The position numbers and the translations under genes are program-made. A stretch of DNA of 60,740 nucleotides, filler included. It is 4 parts of 4 records of this genome, joined end to end, with 100 filler letters (N's around TTAATTAATTAA, not from the genome) between each part and the next. Parts side by side here need not be neighbours in the genome. Positions count along the whole stretch, not along the records: positions 1 to 15,029 come from SRR20825019_2806; 3 more parts are not named here. One strand, 5' to 3'. Shown one piece after another: positions 1 through 11,400 of the stretch. Each line of letters opens with the position of its first letter. Position 1 is the first letter of the stretch. The notes under the pieces were generated by a model. It did no database searches, was not told the DNA's origin, and was given only the letters and a program-made list of their open reading frames with translations.

Positions 1-1385
1 GAGTCACTCAAGGAGTCTTCCACTGTTACACTTCACGAAACGGACTTCGAGCGCATAACCCCCGTAGCAACAAATTATTTGGGAGAGCAACTCAGCTCAA
101 GGCGGGAACCTGTGCCTAGCCAAGTCTAGGCAGACATGGTTGGCATTTCCGGTGAGATCAATATGACTCTTGTGGCAGTTAGGTCTCAGTCGGTCCTCAC
201 CCTGCGAGGCCGCCTAGCTGGCCCCTAGCTGGGCCGAAAACAAAAGGATCTCCAAGAGTGTAAAGTGTGTATGGATACGCACCCTAGCTTAAGCCGTGCC
301 ACGGCAATATGTACGTGATTCTTATGTGTCAAAATACACTCCTGTGAATAAATGTACAGGCCCCAGGCCACGGAAGACAGACTGACCTTCCCAGACCTCT
401 TCGATCTTCAACAACTCTCGTCTCATCGCAGACACCATGTGACACAGACCGGCAATTCACACTCACTGTCAGCCATCAACACCGCACAAGGGCGGGCTGG
501 CCAGGCCGGCATCTGGTAAAATCTGAGCCGGTACTGGTGTGATCCGGTCACCGTGCCGTCCGGTCTCCGGGAGGTCCGCCGCCGGAGGCTGGGCGCGGGC
601 CGAACCGTGGGGCCCACGCACCGCGGCCGGGCTGGCCCCTTGGAGCTCGCTCAGGGCTCGACCGGCACCGCCCCGGGGCCCGGCCGGGCCTGCCCGCGTG
701 ACTCCAGTTAGTCGGGTCCGGGGGGGACCGGACGGAGGACGGGAAATTCAATTGAATTTCACGGTTTTGCAAGTTTTGGTTTCAGTTTCAGGTTCCGTTC
801 GCCGGCAATGACGCAGCCAACCAAGACTGAATGACCCCGGGCGCGGGGCGGCCCGCCGCACCCGGTCGGCGCGCCGGCGCCGACCGGGATCCGGAGTCAG
901 TCGGCGCCGGGCTCGGACGCGCGGTGCGCGGCGCCGGGCGGGTGCCGGCGGTGAGTGACGGGGAGTCGGCCACCTTAACCAGCGAGTGGGCCGGGCCCCG
1001 TCGCACCCGGCCGCCCCGCTCCGGCGGCCGGGCCGGCCCCGCCCGCCGGGGCCGGTCACGGGCCGGCCGAGGCTCCGACTGGGTGGACCACTCCTGGCCC
1101 GCGGCCATGCACACTCACTTGTGACGTCGTTCAGCCGGCCATCACAACGCGTTGCAGCGACCGGACCGGACTCGGGACACCCGGCACCCCCCGGGCCGCC
1201 GCGGGACTGGGCACCTAGAGAGCCTCCGCAGGGAGTAGGGCCACAGGCATGGCCAGTGGCTGGTGTCGTGACGCTGTGGAACTCCCTGAGCCGACCAAGA
1301 GTAAGACCAGTCCTATAAGTGTCCACACGTGGTCAGCGGGCTCTTCCCTCAGGGCGCTGGGGGAGGTTCCGGCCTCACGCTAGAC

Positions 1386-4300
1386 ATGGAGTCCAGCTCC
1401 TCAGAGCCGGCGTCACAAAACACGGGCTTCACCTTATCAACCAAGCCCGCGACTCGGTCCGTTGTGTCGTTTCAAGAGCCGACCAAACCTGGGAAGGAGC
1501 GGCATGGCAGTGCAAGTGTGGTGGAGATATCGAGCGAGGTGGTTAAGTCACTGAGGGAGGTGGAGGGGAAGAGCATCGGTGGACTGCTGCGGGAACTGGA
1601 GTATGCACGCTCGGCTGAGGTGGGCAATGGTGTTCACAGAAGTGTGTGGTTGCCTTGGGCTGACGTCTTGAGGACAGGCGGAGGAGGACGCGGCCAGTGT
1701 CATTGAAGAAGAGTACAAGACGACAACGAGGTGCCTCGGCATGTGCTTCAAAAGTATTGGCCTGGAGCGCGGGTACCAGCAGTTCTCACTGAGGCTCTCC
1801 ACTGTGGGCGTCCGTGCTGCACTCCCCGTGGCAATCGTCTGCGCCGCCCTGTGGTGGCTGTTCAATGCCTCGATGCTATTTGAGGGCAGCATGTGTGTTG
1901 ACTTGTCGTGTCGATTTGAAGGCGGATCTAATGGTGGCTCTTATGCAGAATCAAGATCGTGCTCTGGGCCAACTATTCCATTTCTATATCTGTGTTAATC
2001 GCCACTTATATTTACAGTTGGTCCCCCCTCGCAAAGGTTCCCCTGCTGACCTATGCTGTGTACATGGGGTCCGTACTGTACCTGGCAGTCTCACATCTGT
2101 TGATACGATGGTGCGTGTGTGTGTGTGTGCGGAGTGGCGAATGTTCTTACGCGAAGAACAGGCAAGAGGACGACAATGAAAGAAGGGGAATGGTGATGCT
2201 AGAGTTGACTGTCTTTTATATGATCGTGCAGTTCCGCCTACCTATGGTGTATGTGATATTACGCTTGGTAACGAGTGGACCTAACCCTACAACGCATCAG
2301 GATAGCAGGCCCTGGTGTTCTACTATTTTTCCTGTTCGCGGCCATACTGGCGGTGGAGCCAGGTAAGAGACTGCTCTGCTCTGCTGTCGCGATTCATGAC
2401 CTTAGCATCGTCCATATAGTGACGGGCATGCCCCCGCCTATGAGCTCATATGTCTTGCTGGGGGCTAAGGTGTTCTTCCTGGGCCTGACGACCACGACTT
2501 TGGGGGTGACCATGGACAGTTTAGAAAGGAAAATGTTCTTCTACATTGAAAGTGTCAGGGACGCTTCAAGCCGAACTGCGGAACAAGACTTGTTGCTCCA
2601 TCGTATCATGTCATCACAGATCCCCGAGTCTGTGCTGAACATGATTTTCAAGAGGAATGCCAGTATAGATGCGGAGCCGTCCGAAACGCCCAAGCCGAGT
2701 CTGGACGAGGTAACTCCCATGGGGTGCCAGGTGTTGAGAACTGACGAGTATTGTGTTGTAGGGTAACCAAGGGAAGAGCATGTCACCGATAACGATGGAC
2801 GATCACGATCACCGGTTCAATCCCTCCTCCTATGGCACCGTTGTCTTTGTGAACTGGGTTGACATGCACGAGGCGTTGGAGAACAATACCGTCCGGTCGG
2901 CTGACATCGTGAAGGACTTGAATGCGCTGGTCAATGCTCTGGAAGACATTGCGGCCGACTTCAATATGGAGAGGGTAGGTCTCCCCAATCTGAGTCGAGT
3001 CTGGTTGCCTAAGTGCATTCCTAACGATTCCCACCAGATCAAAGTCACTCACTCTATGATTATTTACGCCAGCATGCACGGAGAAAATGACTATATGATG
3101 GTACGTAGGCTGTCCCATGCGGGTGCTCCGCAACATCCGCAAGTGTCTCATGCACGAAGCAGCCAATCAACGCCGCGGGTTTTGCGATGTCAGCAATAGC
3201 TCAGAGGGACGCGATTGAGCACCACGTGCTTCTCTCGGTCAATATGAAGATTGGAGTGGCGACCGGATGGCTCGTATCGGGCATCCTCGGGGCGACGATG
3301 TGGTGCTATGATATCTGGGGCGGTGTTGTCAATAAGGCTTCAAGACTTAGCAATGTGTGTGGCACAAATGAGGTTGCCATATGTTCAGACTCGTATAAGG
3401 GCCTCTCCGTGAATATTCAAAAGTGTTTTGAGCTTCGCACTGTCGAGCTGAAGGGCCTGGGATCGACACCGATGTATATATGCTCGAGCGTGCCCGGGGG
3501 GGCTTCAGTTCGCGACCGGATTATGAACGATTTCTTCCCCGGCGGGGCAAACATCAGCGATATGGCCAAGAAGGTTGCGATGACAAAGAGGGGGCATGAG
3601 AAGGCGCTGTTGAATCCGTAAGTATGTTGCCATCAATCGGGGTATGGTCTGCTGATGCCGCATGATCACAGAGGGGACTCTTCCAGGCTGTGTTGGCGTG
3701 AAAGGTGATATTGCTGTGGTTCGCGCTGGTGCCTTTACTGATTCCAAGACGAAGGCCAATCTTTGGGATTGCCTTTCAAAACCCAAAGCAGATGTGGCCT
3801 ATCAGCTGGGTAAGGTTCTGGCCTCTAGTCTTCTCCTACAAGACTCGCGATATTATGCTGGAGTTTGGATGCAGGCTGTGGACTATGAGATTTACAAGTG
3901 TCCACCATGAAAAGGAGTATAGACGATCGTTGTTCAAGTCGCGGGCATCGACGGTTTTGTCGCGCGTGATGGCCCTTCTGGCCGGGGTGGTGATTGTGTC
4001 GATTGTCTGGGGAATCATTCTAGAGAAGGATTTCGGTAGGCCTCATCGTGTGGTGGGACGATGGGATGCTAATCATGCTATACGGCGCAGAGTGCTTTGA
4101 AACCACCGGCTGCTGGGCCCCGGCCGCCTCCATGTCCGTTGTATTCCTGGCGCTTCTTGTGGTTCCCGCGGTGGGCGTCACTATTGATGCTCGCTTCTAT
4201 GAGTCACTGACGCTTCTGAGCATCGCGATTGTGGTGTTATACTTTGGGGGGATCATGGCGGTTGTCCCCAGCGATCTAACAAGGATTATCCTGTCCCGGG

Positions 4301-5724
4301 TCCTTCTCGTCTGCATTCTAAGTAGCGCCTTCCTCTCCGGCGTTAGGTTCCCATTCAGTGTGCTGATCATAGCTTTTGGAGTATTTGCTGTTTTTGTGGT
4401 ATGGTGATGTAGCTGCAGTCTCGAATTCACATTGACGTAGGCTGCGTAGGTGCAAGCTGCAGATGGTCTGTTTGAGTTCGGGTCGTACCTAGGGGCCTTC
4501 CTGTACCTTCTGCTTAATGTCAACGGCGCCTACCAGCTAGACCTACTGGGGAGGAGGTACGTTCGTGCAGTTTAAGTTTCATGGCAGACAGAGTTCTAAG
4601 CTCGGGGGCTTTGGCAGGCTTTACATGTTTGGTGTTCTTCGGAAGAAAGAAAACGTGTTCCTCACCGCCCGCAAGCGGTTGTACAGTAGTGTGCTGTTGC
4701 AGATATATTCACCAAGGGTTGCCAAGTACATATTCAGGATACATCAAGGTGAAGGTGCCGATGATGAGCTGGCACAACTTGTCAAGTCTAAATTGGAGGC
4801 GGAATCGGTATGCGCGTCGGAGACGACTGTATCACGAGGCGGCCCGAAGAAGATCCGGGCTGTTAGTGGTGAGAGCTTGGACAGTGACGGTGAATTGAGA
4901 GGCGCAGGTGTTGATAATCGCGTCGGAATCGTGGAGACAATGCAATCGTGTTTTGTTTTGCAGACGGATATCGTCGGCTTCACATCGTAAGTTGGCTCAG
5001 GGCCCGGAGTTCGCCCAAGTAGACTCATGGTATTGCAGGTATTGCAATGGCGCATCAGCAAAAATGGTCGTGCGGCACTTGGGCCACCTCCTGGAGGGCT
5101 TTGACAGGGAAACCCAAAAACTGAAAGCGTTCAAAGTGAAAACGGTCGGCGATGCCTACATTGCCATGCAGCCGGGCGGCGCAGGCAAGAGTGTGATAGA
5201 AGCAGTGACGACGATCATCTCACTGGCCCTCAAGATCCGCAAGGCGTGCCGAAGGACAAACAAGGCAATGGGGACTAAGTTCGCACTGCGATTGGGGATT
5301 GGTTGCGGTGAGAGCACGCTGTGCCTCATAGGGGAGAAGCGGATGACGATGGATCTGATCGGGAGGGGGTATGTGGCTACGGGGGCAATGGATGTGCAAG
5401 GTTGTCGGCTGACATGTTGTGGGCAGGGTGCATGAGGCGTCGCTGATGGAGCAGGGCGGCATGGCAGACATGGTGAATCTGTCCAGCACCGTAGTGGATA
5501 TCATTGTTGCCCACGCGAACACAGCAGGAAAAGTCAAGATCAACAACCGCAAGAGGTTCAAGCTGGCCCTTGAATGGATTGTGGAGCACGTTCTTCTCCG
5601 AGAAACCCCCGGTCGGATACCCCCGCACCTGCTGGGGATCTTCTTGGTGGAAGGGAAGGCGTTCCCCCCCTCTGCGCTGAAGGCTGTGCGGAGCACATAT
5701 AAGGAACAACTGACTGATGTATGA
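1386..5724 (+). CDS. Multi-exon membrane class III nucleotide cyclase (two TM clusters, two cyclase domains)
   Basis: ORF fragments join across GT-AG introns (e.g. 1620-1677, 1893-1948, 2111-2161, 2975-3037). Domain 1 motifs: ERIKVTHS, MKIGVATG, YDIWGGVVNKASRL. Domain 2 motifs: QTDIVGFT, KVKTVGDAY, LRLGIGCG. Hydrophobic exons precede each domain. Confidence 0.85.
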
Positions 5725-5913
5725 AGTGCAGAGTCGTTTGGCTTCACCCCCAATGTAAATCTATTCTTTAGTAAGCGCAAGTGTAGCGGGGCAACGCTCC
5801 GAGGACGCCTCAGACCGTCTTCCGGCGGCGCGGGTATTCACAGGCACATGGCCATGGCCATCACGCTGAGGTATACACCTCTATATATACAGGGGGCACT
5901 CGCCTAACAGTGC

Positions 5914-7192
5914 TTACTGGATGGGGCGGAGAATATCGTGTGCGCCATATACGCGCTCCTTCATGATATCTTCGGCGGCCTGCATCACCTCCACGAATAC
6001 CGGACTTGTCCTCAGGGAGCACAACAGGTCCGCCAGCGAGCGGCACGCCACCTCCACTGACCGCACTGTGGACACGTCGACGGCCGCGCCGCTGAGAGCA
6101 GCCTCGATGGTTCGCTCCACATCACTCCGCTTGGTATCGTCGAGGCGGGAGAGGGTAAGGTCGTACGCATCTTTCAGCAGGGCCGTGGAGGCCACGCGGG
6201 CGACACCACCCTGGGAGCCCACGGCCATCACCTCTGAGACGGCATCACAAGCCGAGACAAAGAGCTGCGGGGCTGGTCAGACAATCGCACAAACGCCAAG
6301 GAATGATAATACACACCTGAGAGCCAATGTTTTCCTTTCCATAACGATGGAGCATGTCACGCACCAGGGTCTGTGCGCGGGGATACGAGTCCTTGCCATT
6401 GGCCTGCTTGGCCACAGGGCCAGTGTTGCTCATTTCTCCAAGGATGACGTTGTTGGACGAGCTCCTCTTCGACGGAGACAGTACAGAAAGTGTGGTGTTG
6501 GTGGGGCTCCCTTCCGGGGTCTGGGTAGCAGCCATGTGGGCGAGCAACTGGTCAAGACCGCTCACAAACTTGGCGATAAGATACGGCTCGCAGTTGGCAA
6601 GGCGGGCCGTGCTGAACAGGGAAGCACACGCCTTAAGGGTGGAAGAGGATACGCCAGGCGCGAGTCTCTCAAGGAAGCTGACGGTTTCAGCGACGTTGCT
6701 GCGCTGGCGGAAGGTAATACGGACAAGGATCTGATATCAGAACGTAAAATTAGTGGTGTACTACAGCTCGCAGTGGTGCGCATACCTCAGCCAAACAGAT
6801 GCTGAGACGCTCCAAGTCGCCTTGGTCAACATCGGCAAGGCGGACGCGAGCCACGCGGGAGAATAGAGGGCCCAGCGTCGTCTCAACACGGTCCAGCTTG
6901 CAGTCCATACCGGCGCCCGGTCCGAACTTCTTGGCCTGCGTCATCTGCTTCAGTGCAGCTGGCATTTGGGTCACTGGGCTCGCGAACATGACGACGATTT
7001 TATGTTGTATAGTTGTGTCTGTAGACAACATATATGAACTAGAGGCAGCAAGGAGAACCCTGACCTGCAAGTCAGCGGTCATCAGGTGGTTGGATGGTTG
7101 GTGTCTGGGTCGGCCCTTGTTGACTGGCACGGAAGCCCGGTCGTTGTCACGTTCATCAAAGGAACTTCCAAAACCTTCAGTGACGACAGCAT
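5914..7192 (-). CDS. Multi-exon hypothetical protein (start uncertain)
   Basis: Minus-strand ORF pieces 6750-7220, 6245-6565 and 5914-6231 read as protein-like sequence and are separated by short GT..CTGAC..AG segments. No family recognised. Confidence 0.45.
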
Positions 7193-8488
7193 CCGGAACA
7201 GCAGCGTGCCTGCCCGGCACTCGGTCGTCGCGGGCCGGCTTGGGGCCGCGCCGGCGTCGTAGGCCCTTGCTGATGGCCCCCGGCGGGACCGGCAGCCGCC
7301 TGCGGGACCGGCAGCCGCCTGCGGGGCCGGCGGAGTCAGTGACCGGGTGCCCGGCGTGGCGCGCAGGACGTTGGCCGGCCTTGCTGGCTGGCGGGGCGAT
7401 GGAGGCATGGGATCAGCGGCCGGGTGGACCCGAGTGGTGGGGGTGCGTCGTTGGGACTTCACGATCATGATAAGCCGTTAGTAGTATCGCCACTGATCCT
7501 CGGGTGGCGGATTGGCATCGGGCCTGATGCCACTGTTGGTTGCAAAGGCATTTCAAATGGATTCACAGTCACTCACCGGATAGCCTTGGCCTGGTTGAAA
7601 CAGGCGTTGCGAACGGGAACTTTCATTTCACCCAAGCACAACGTATAGAAAGCTGCCTACCCTCGATAATACATTTATTGATTGCCACATGACAACTGTA
7701 CTTCTGTAACGTTTTGTACCCCCAGGTGCACAGTGCGGGCCCTTGCGCACCCGGCCCGCCGCCCGGCCGGAGTCATCAGTCAGTGCGCGCCGGGCCCGGC
7801 CGCCGGCCGCGGCGCCCGCCCCGGTCGCGGCGCGGGCAACGCCGACTCGCGGGGCCACGGCGAGCCCGGGGCCCGACCGGACGGCCCGCCGCGCCGGCCC
7901 GGGCCGGGGCGAGCAGGGCGGGCCGCACGGGGCTCAGGCGAGCGGGCACGCTCTGCATGACCCGCCCGGCCGAGCCGAGTCCCCCGGGGCCGGGCCGACT
8001 GGGTGGCTCCGCATCAACCGAACCGGTGTCACAGGCCTCGCGCGCGGCGGCCGGCAGTCCGGTCCGGCCGGCTCGCGCCGATCGGCTCGCGCGGCCCACT
8101 GCCTCGCCGTCCGCGGGCGAGGCGACTCGCCGGCCGCCCGCCCCCCCGGTCGGGCGAGCCAACAGTTTGACGGCCGCCACTAAGTGTCATGCCGTCATGG
8201 CCGCCCGTGAGTATGCCCGTCCAGCGGCCCGGTCGCCGCGCTCGTCACTGATGAGTGCATCGGTCGCCCGGGCGGGGCACCAGGCGTCCCGGGCCACAGG
8301 CCGGGGTTCCGCCGGCCCGACAGGAATCAGGAATTCTGGAGGTTCTGGAGCCCCGCCGGTGGCCCGACGGATAACCACTGGTACCAGTGAGCGGCATCGA
8401 ACCGCTTACACCATTCTTCATGTGTAAATAGCGGTGCTGAGCGTGGTTAGCGACGGTGATAGCTCTGCAGGTCTGGAGGCTCACGGAG

Positions 8489-11400
8489 ATGAAGTCCACG
8501 ACGCTGGGCTCGGCCTGGGAGGTTCTCGAGCGACTCCGGCAGGAGAGTGACGTCTCGTTCCCTCCGCGCCATGAGTACAGCATTCGTCACGCCAAGGTAC
8601 ACTGTCGACGTCATGGCTGTGATAGTATGGTAACGTGTGTGTGCAGCACCGCAGCTTTGAGGCCTTGGCCGACAGGTCGGAGTCGGGGATGACGTCACGA
8701 ATGCAGGCACCCGCTGCCACGGTGAACATGCCTTCAGTGCATGGGTACGTCACAGAGGCACGGGAGTCGATGGATGAGTTAGGCCAGTGGGACCAAGTGA
8801 GTGATGGTGGCTCCACTCGCGAGCCCCCCCTGGTGACCTACTTGGGGATGGAGGCCATCCAGAGCACCAGCGGGGAGGCGAAGCCAAGGACGAGCCGGCC
8901 ATCGTCTGCCAGCACCGGCGCGGGGGGGACGGGAGCTGTGCGGCAGGGCGCTCAGAACACGGCGGTGGCGCCGGGCGGGGTGATGACGATCGAAGTGGGT
9001 AACCGAGCCCACACAGATGTTCAGGTGATGTGGAGGCGTAGGGATCGGAACCTCATTCTCACTTTGTCACCTGATAGGTGCGGGAGATGCGGGCGATGGA
9101 AGGCGTGGTGCAGATAGCGAATGAGCTCGGTGCGCTGCCCGTGGCGACGTCACAGGTATCAGTCGGAGCAAAGTTCTCCTACTTGGTCCAGCAGTCGGTG
9201 CTTCCGCGGCTGTTTGACCTCGTTCGTTTACGGAACGATATGTATATGAACGACGAGATACGTGTGTACGCGCTAAAGATGTGGCTCCGCCTTGTCAAGA
9301 CCGATGGGAGCGGGATCCCCAAGGCGCGGTACATCGCCATTTGTGAGTCTCTGCAGCAGTCATTGCTGCCGTCACAGTCGGACAAGGAAAGGCGAATTGC
9401 CGCCAAGGTACTGCGCCGGCATTGCCTGACTCGGGTCCAACAACTGATTCAAACCGCAGAACGACTGGCTCGTAGACTCGCAAGGTACCTCCACAGTGGA
9501 GTTCGAGGCGTTTTTCCTTTCGATATTCCAACTGCTGTCGGTGTGGAACTCCAACAACAATCCCACGGCCATTATCGAGGTAGCGCCCCCGCCCGGCGTG
9601 CACTGGCATCACTGACCCTGATTGGTGCTGCACAGAGCCTGGGGGCTATTGAGGATGTTCTCAAAAGCGAAGGCTTTCTAGACCACGTCCCTCCATCAGG
9701 GGCCCCCTCACCAGCTGAGCCGGCACATCTCATTCGGCCCGTTTTTCACAAGGTGACCCGACTCCTCGGCGCCAGTCTTGTCCGCTGACTAGCGCTGCCG
9801 CAGGTGCTTGTGCGCAAGACCCGGGAAGGGATGGCAATAACAGCACCCCGAATCACCCAGCGTCCCACCAGTGCACGCTCTGTCGCGAGCAGTCCCGGGC
9901 GCCTGGGCACCGGTGGACTTATGAACGTGTTGGTATCCAAGGTAACGGCGTGCGGTATGTTGTATTGTTAGGATATATTCCTGATGTGAGTCCAGTCCCG
10001 GAACAACACAACGATGAAGAAGTTTACCACTTCATTCCACCGCGTTGCCTATGGCACGGACCCTGCCCCGAATGACCACCCTGCGGCGGCCCAATACGAC
10101 GGGGGTCCCTCGGCCAGGGCGTATTCCCGTCCGCTGTCCGCCACGGAAGTCCGTCCGGTGCGACATCAGCCGTCCATCCCTCACCGCAAGTCCCCGTCGC
10201 AGGCGCAACAGCGCGCGCTGGTAGTATTGGTGAGTGGCGATGTGATCTGACGGCCAGCCCCGCTAAGATGATTTGTACTAAGGGTCCCAAACAAACGTGC
10301 TCCCGTGTCGCGCGCCCGACGGCTCCCGCCCATCGAAAGCCCGGGCGCGCCTCCGGCACACCGCGCGCGCCAGCCCGGGACCTCATTCGGCCTGCCAGTG
10401 CGGCACCGCGGCAGGCACGACCAGGGTCTGGTGTGAACAAGAGCAAGGGCAGGACTAAGCCCATCCGGCGGCCGGTGAGCGCGGGCGCGGTACTGGGCCC
10501 TGGGCGAGCGAAGACTGGAAGGAAGAAAAAGACCCCCACGGCTCCAATAGTAGAGGGTGGTCCGGCCTCGGTTCCGCCCATAGACGGAGATGACGACGAG
10601 ATCATTCCAAGTGACGACGAGTTATCTGTTGGCGGCGACATGCTCAATGCTCTGGAGAATGGCCGCCTTCTGCCGCTGGAGCTGCGGAAGCGAGGCGAGG
10701 CGATGTTCCATGATAAGGTGGTCACCCTTACTCATGCCGAAGCCGCACGTGCGGGAGAGGTGGTGCCCCTGAGTCTGTCGGGACCCATTCCGGGGTCTGG
10801 TCTGGTGGGACGGGCGGTCAAGATGGGCGACTCAGTTGTCAACACGTTGTTGGTCGGGGTTGAGGGCGAAGCATTAGTGGGAAGAATGGACAGCAATGGG
10901 CATCTGTGCCTGGAGGGCGCTTACTCGGGATGGTCGCTGGACCTCCACGGCGACCCCCACGGTCGGATACAAGTGAACATCAGTTGCGATGGGGCCACCC
11001 AGGCTTTTGTCATCGGTGACGACGGCAGTATTTCGCCTGCACACCATCCGGACATGGTCTTTGTGTGCGGCGCAGAGTTTGTGGATCTTGGTGTCCAATC
11101 ACCGAGTCGTTTCTCCATTCCCAAGGGCCATATCCCCGGCCCTGCCGGCCAGGAAGTTATCGTGTACCCTGAGGTGTCCGACGACAGCCTCACCTATGTC
11201 TCCTCGGAGGCCGGGCCGCGGAGTGGTCACGTAAGTGTGCAGGGGAGTGTGGACAGTCGGCCGCGCACAACCGCACAAATGGTTGCGGGATATGAGCGGT
11301 TCATCACCAAGCAGAGTGGAGCCAAGGTCATTCCATTGAAGGTAGCTGTGCTAAGGCGCGGACATATCTGTGTGGCACTGATTGATTGCACTTGCAGGAG

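Noticed and set aside
423-1326. Arg/Pro/Gly-rich ORFs here and at 7682-8427 and 48420-49786
   Set aside because: They overlap in all frames and reflect stop-codon scarcity in GC-rich spacers; no protein-like signal.
1386-5724. Pseudogene, frameshifting or alternative genetic code explaining the broken ORFs
   Set aside because: The breaks I examined are resolved by canonical short GT-AG introns with branch points.
5921-7470. Long plus-strand ORFs 5921-6805 and 6799-7470
   Set aside because: Splice signals and protein-like composition favour the minus-strand gene.
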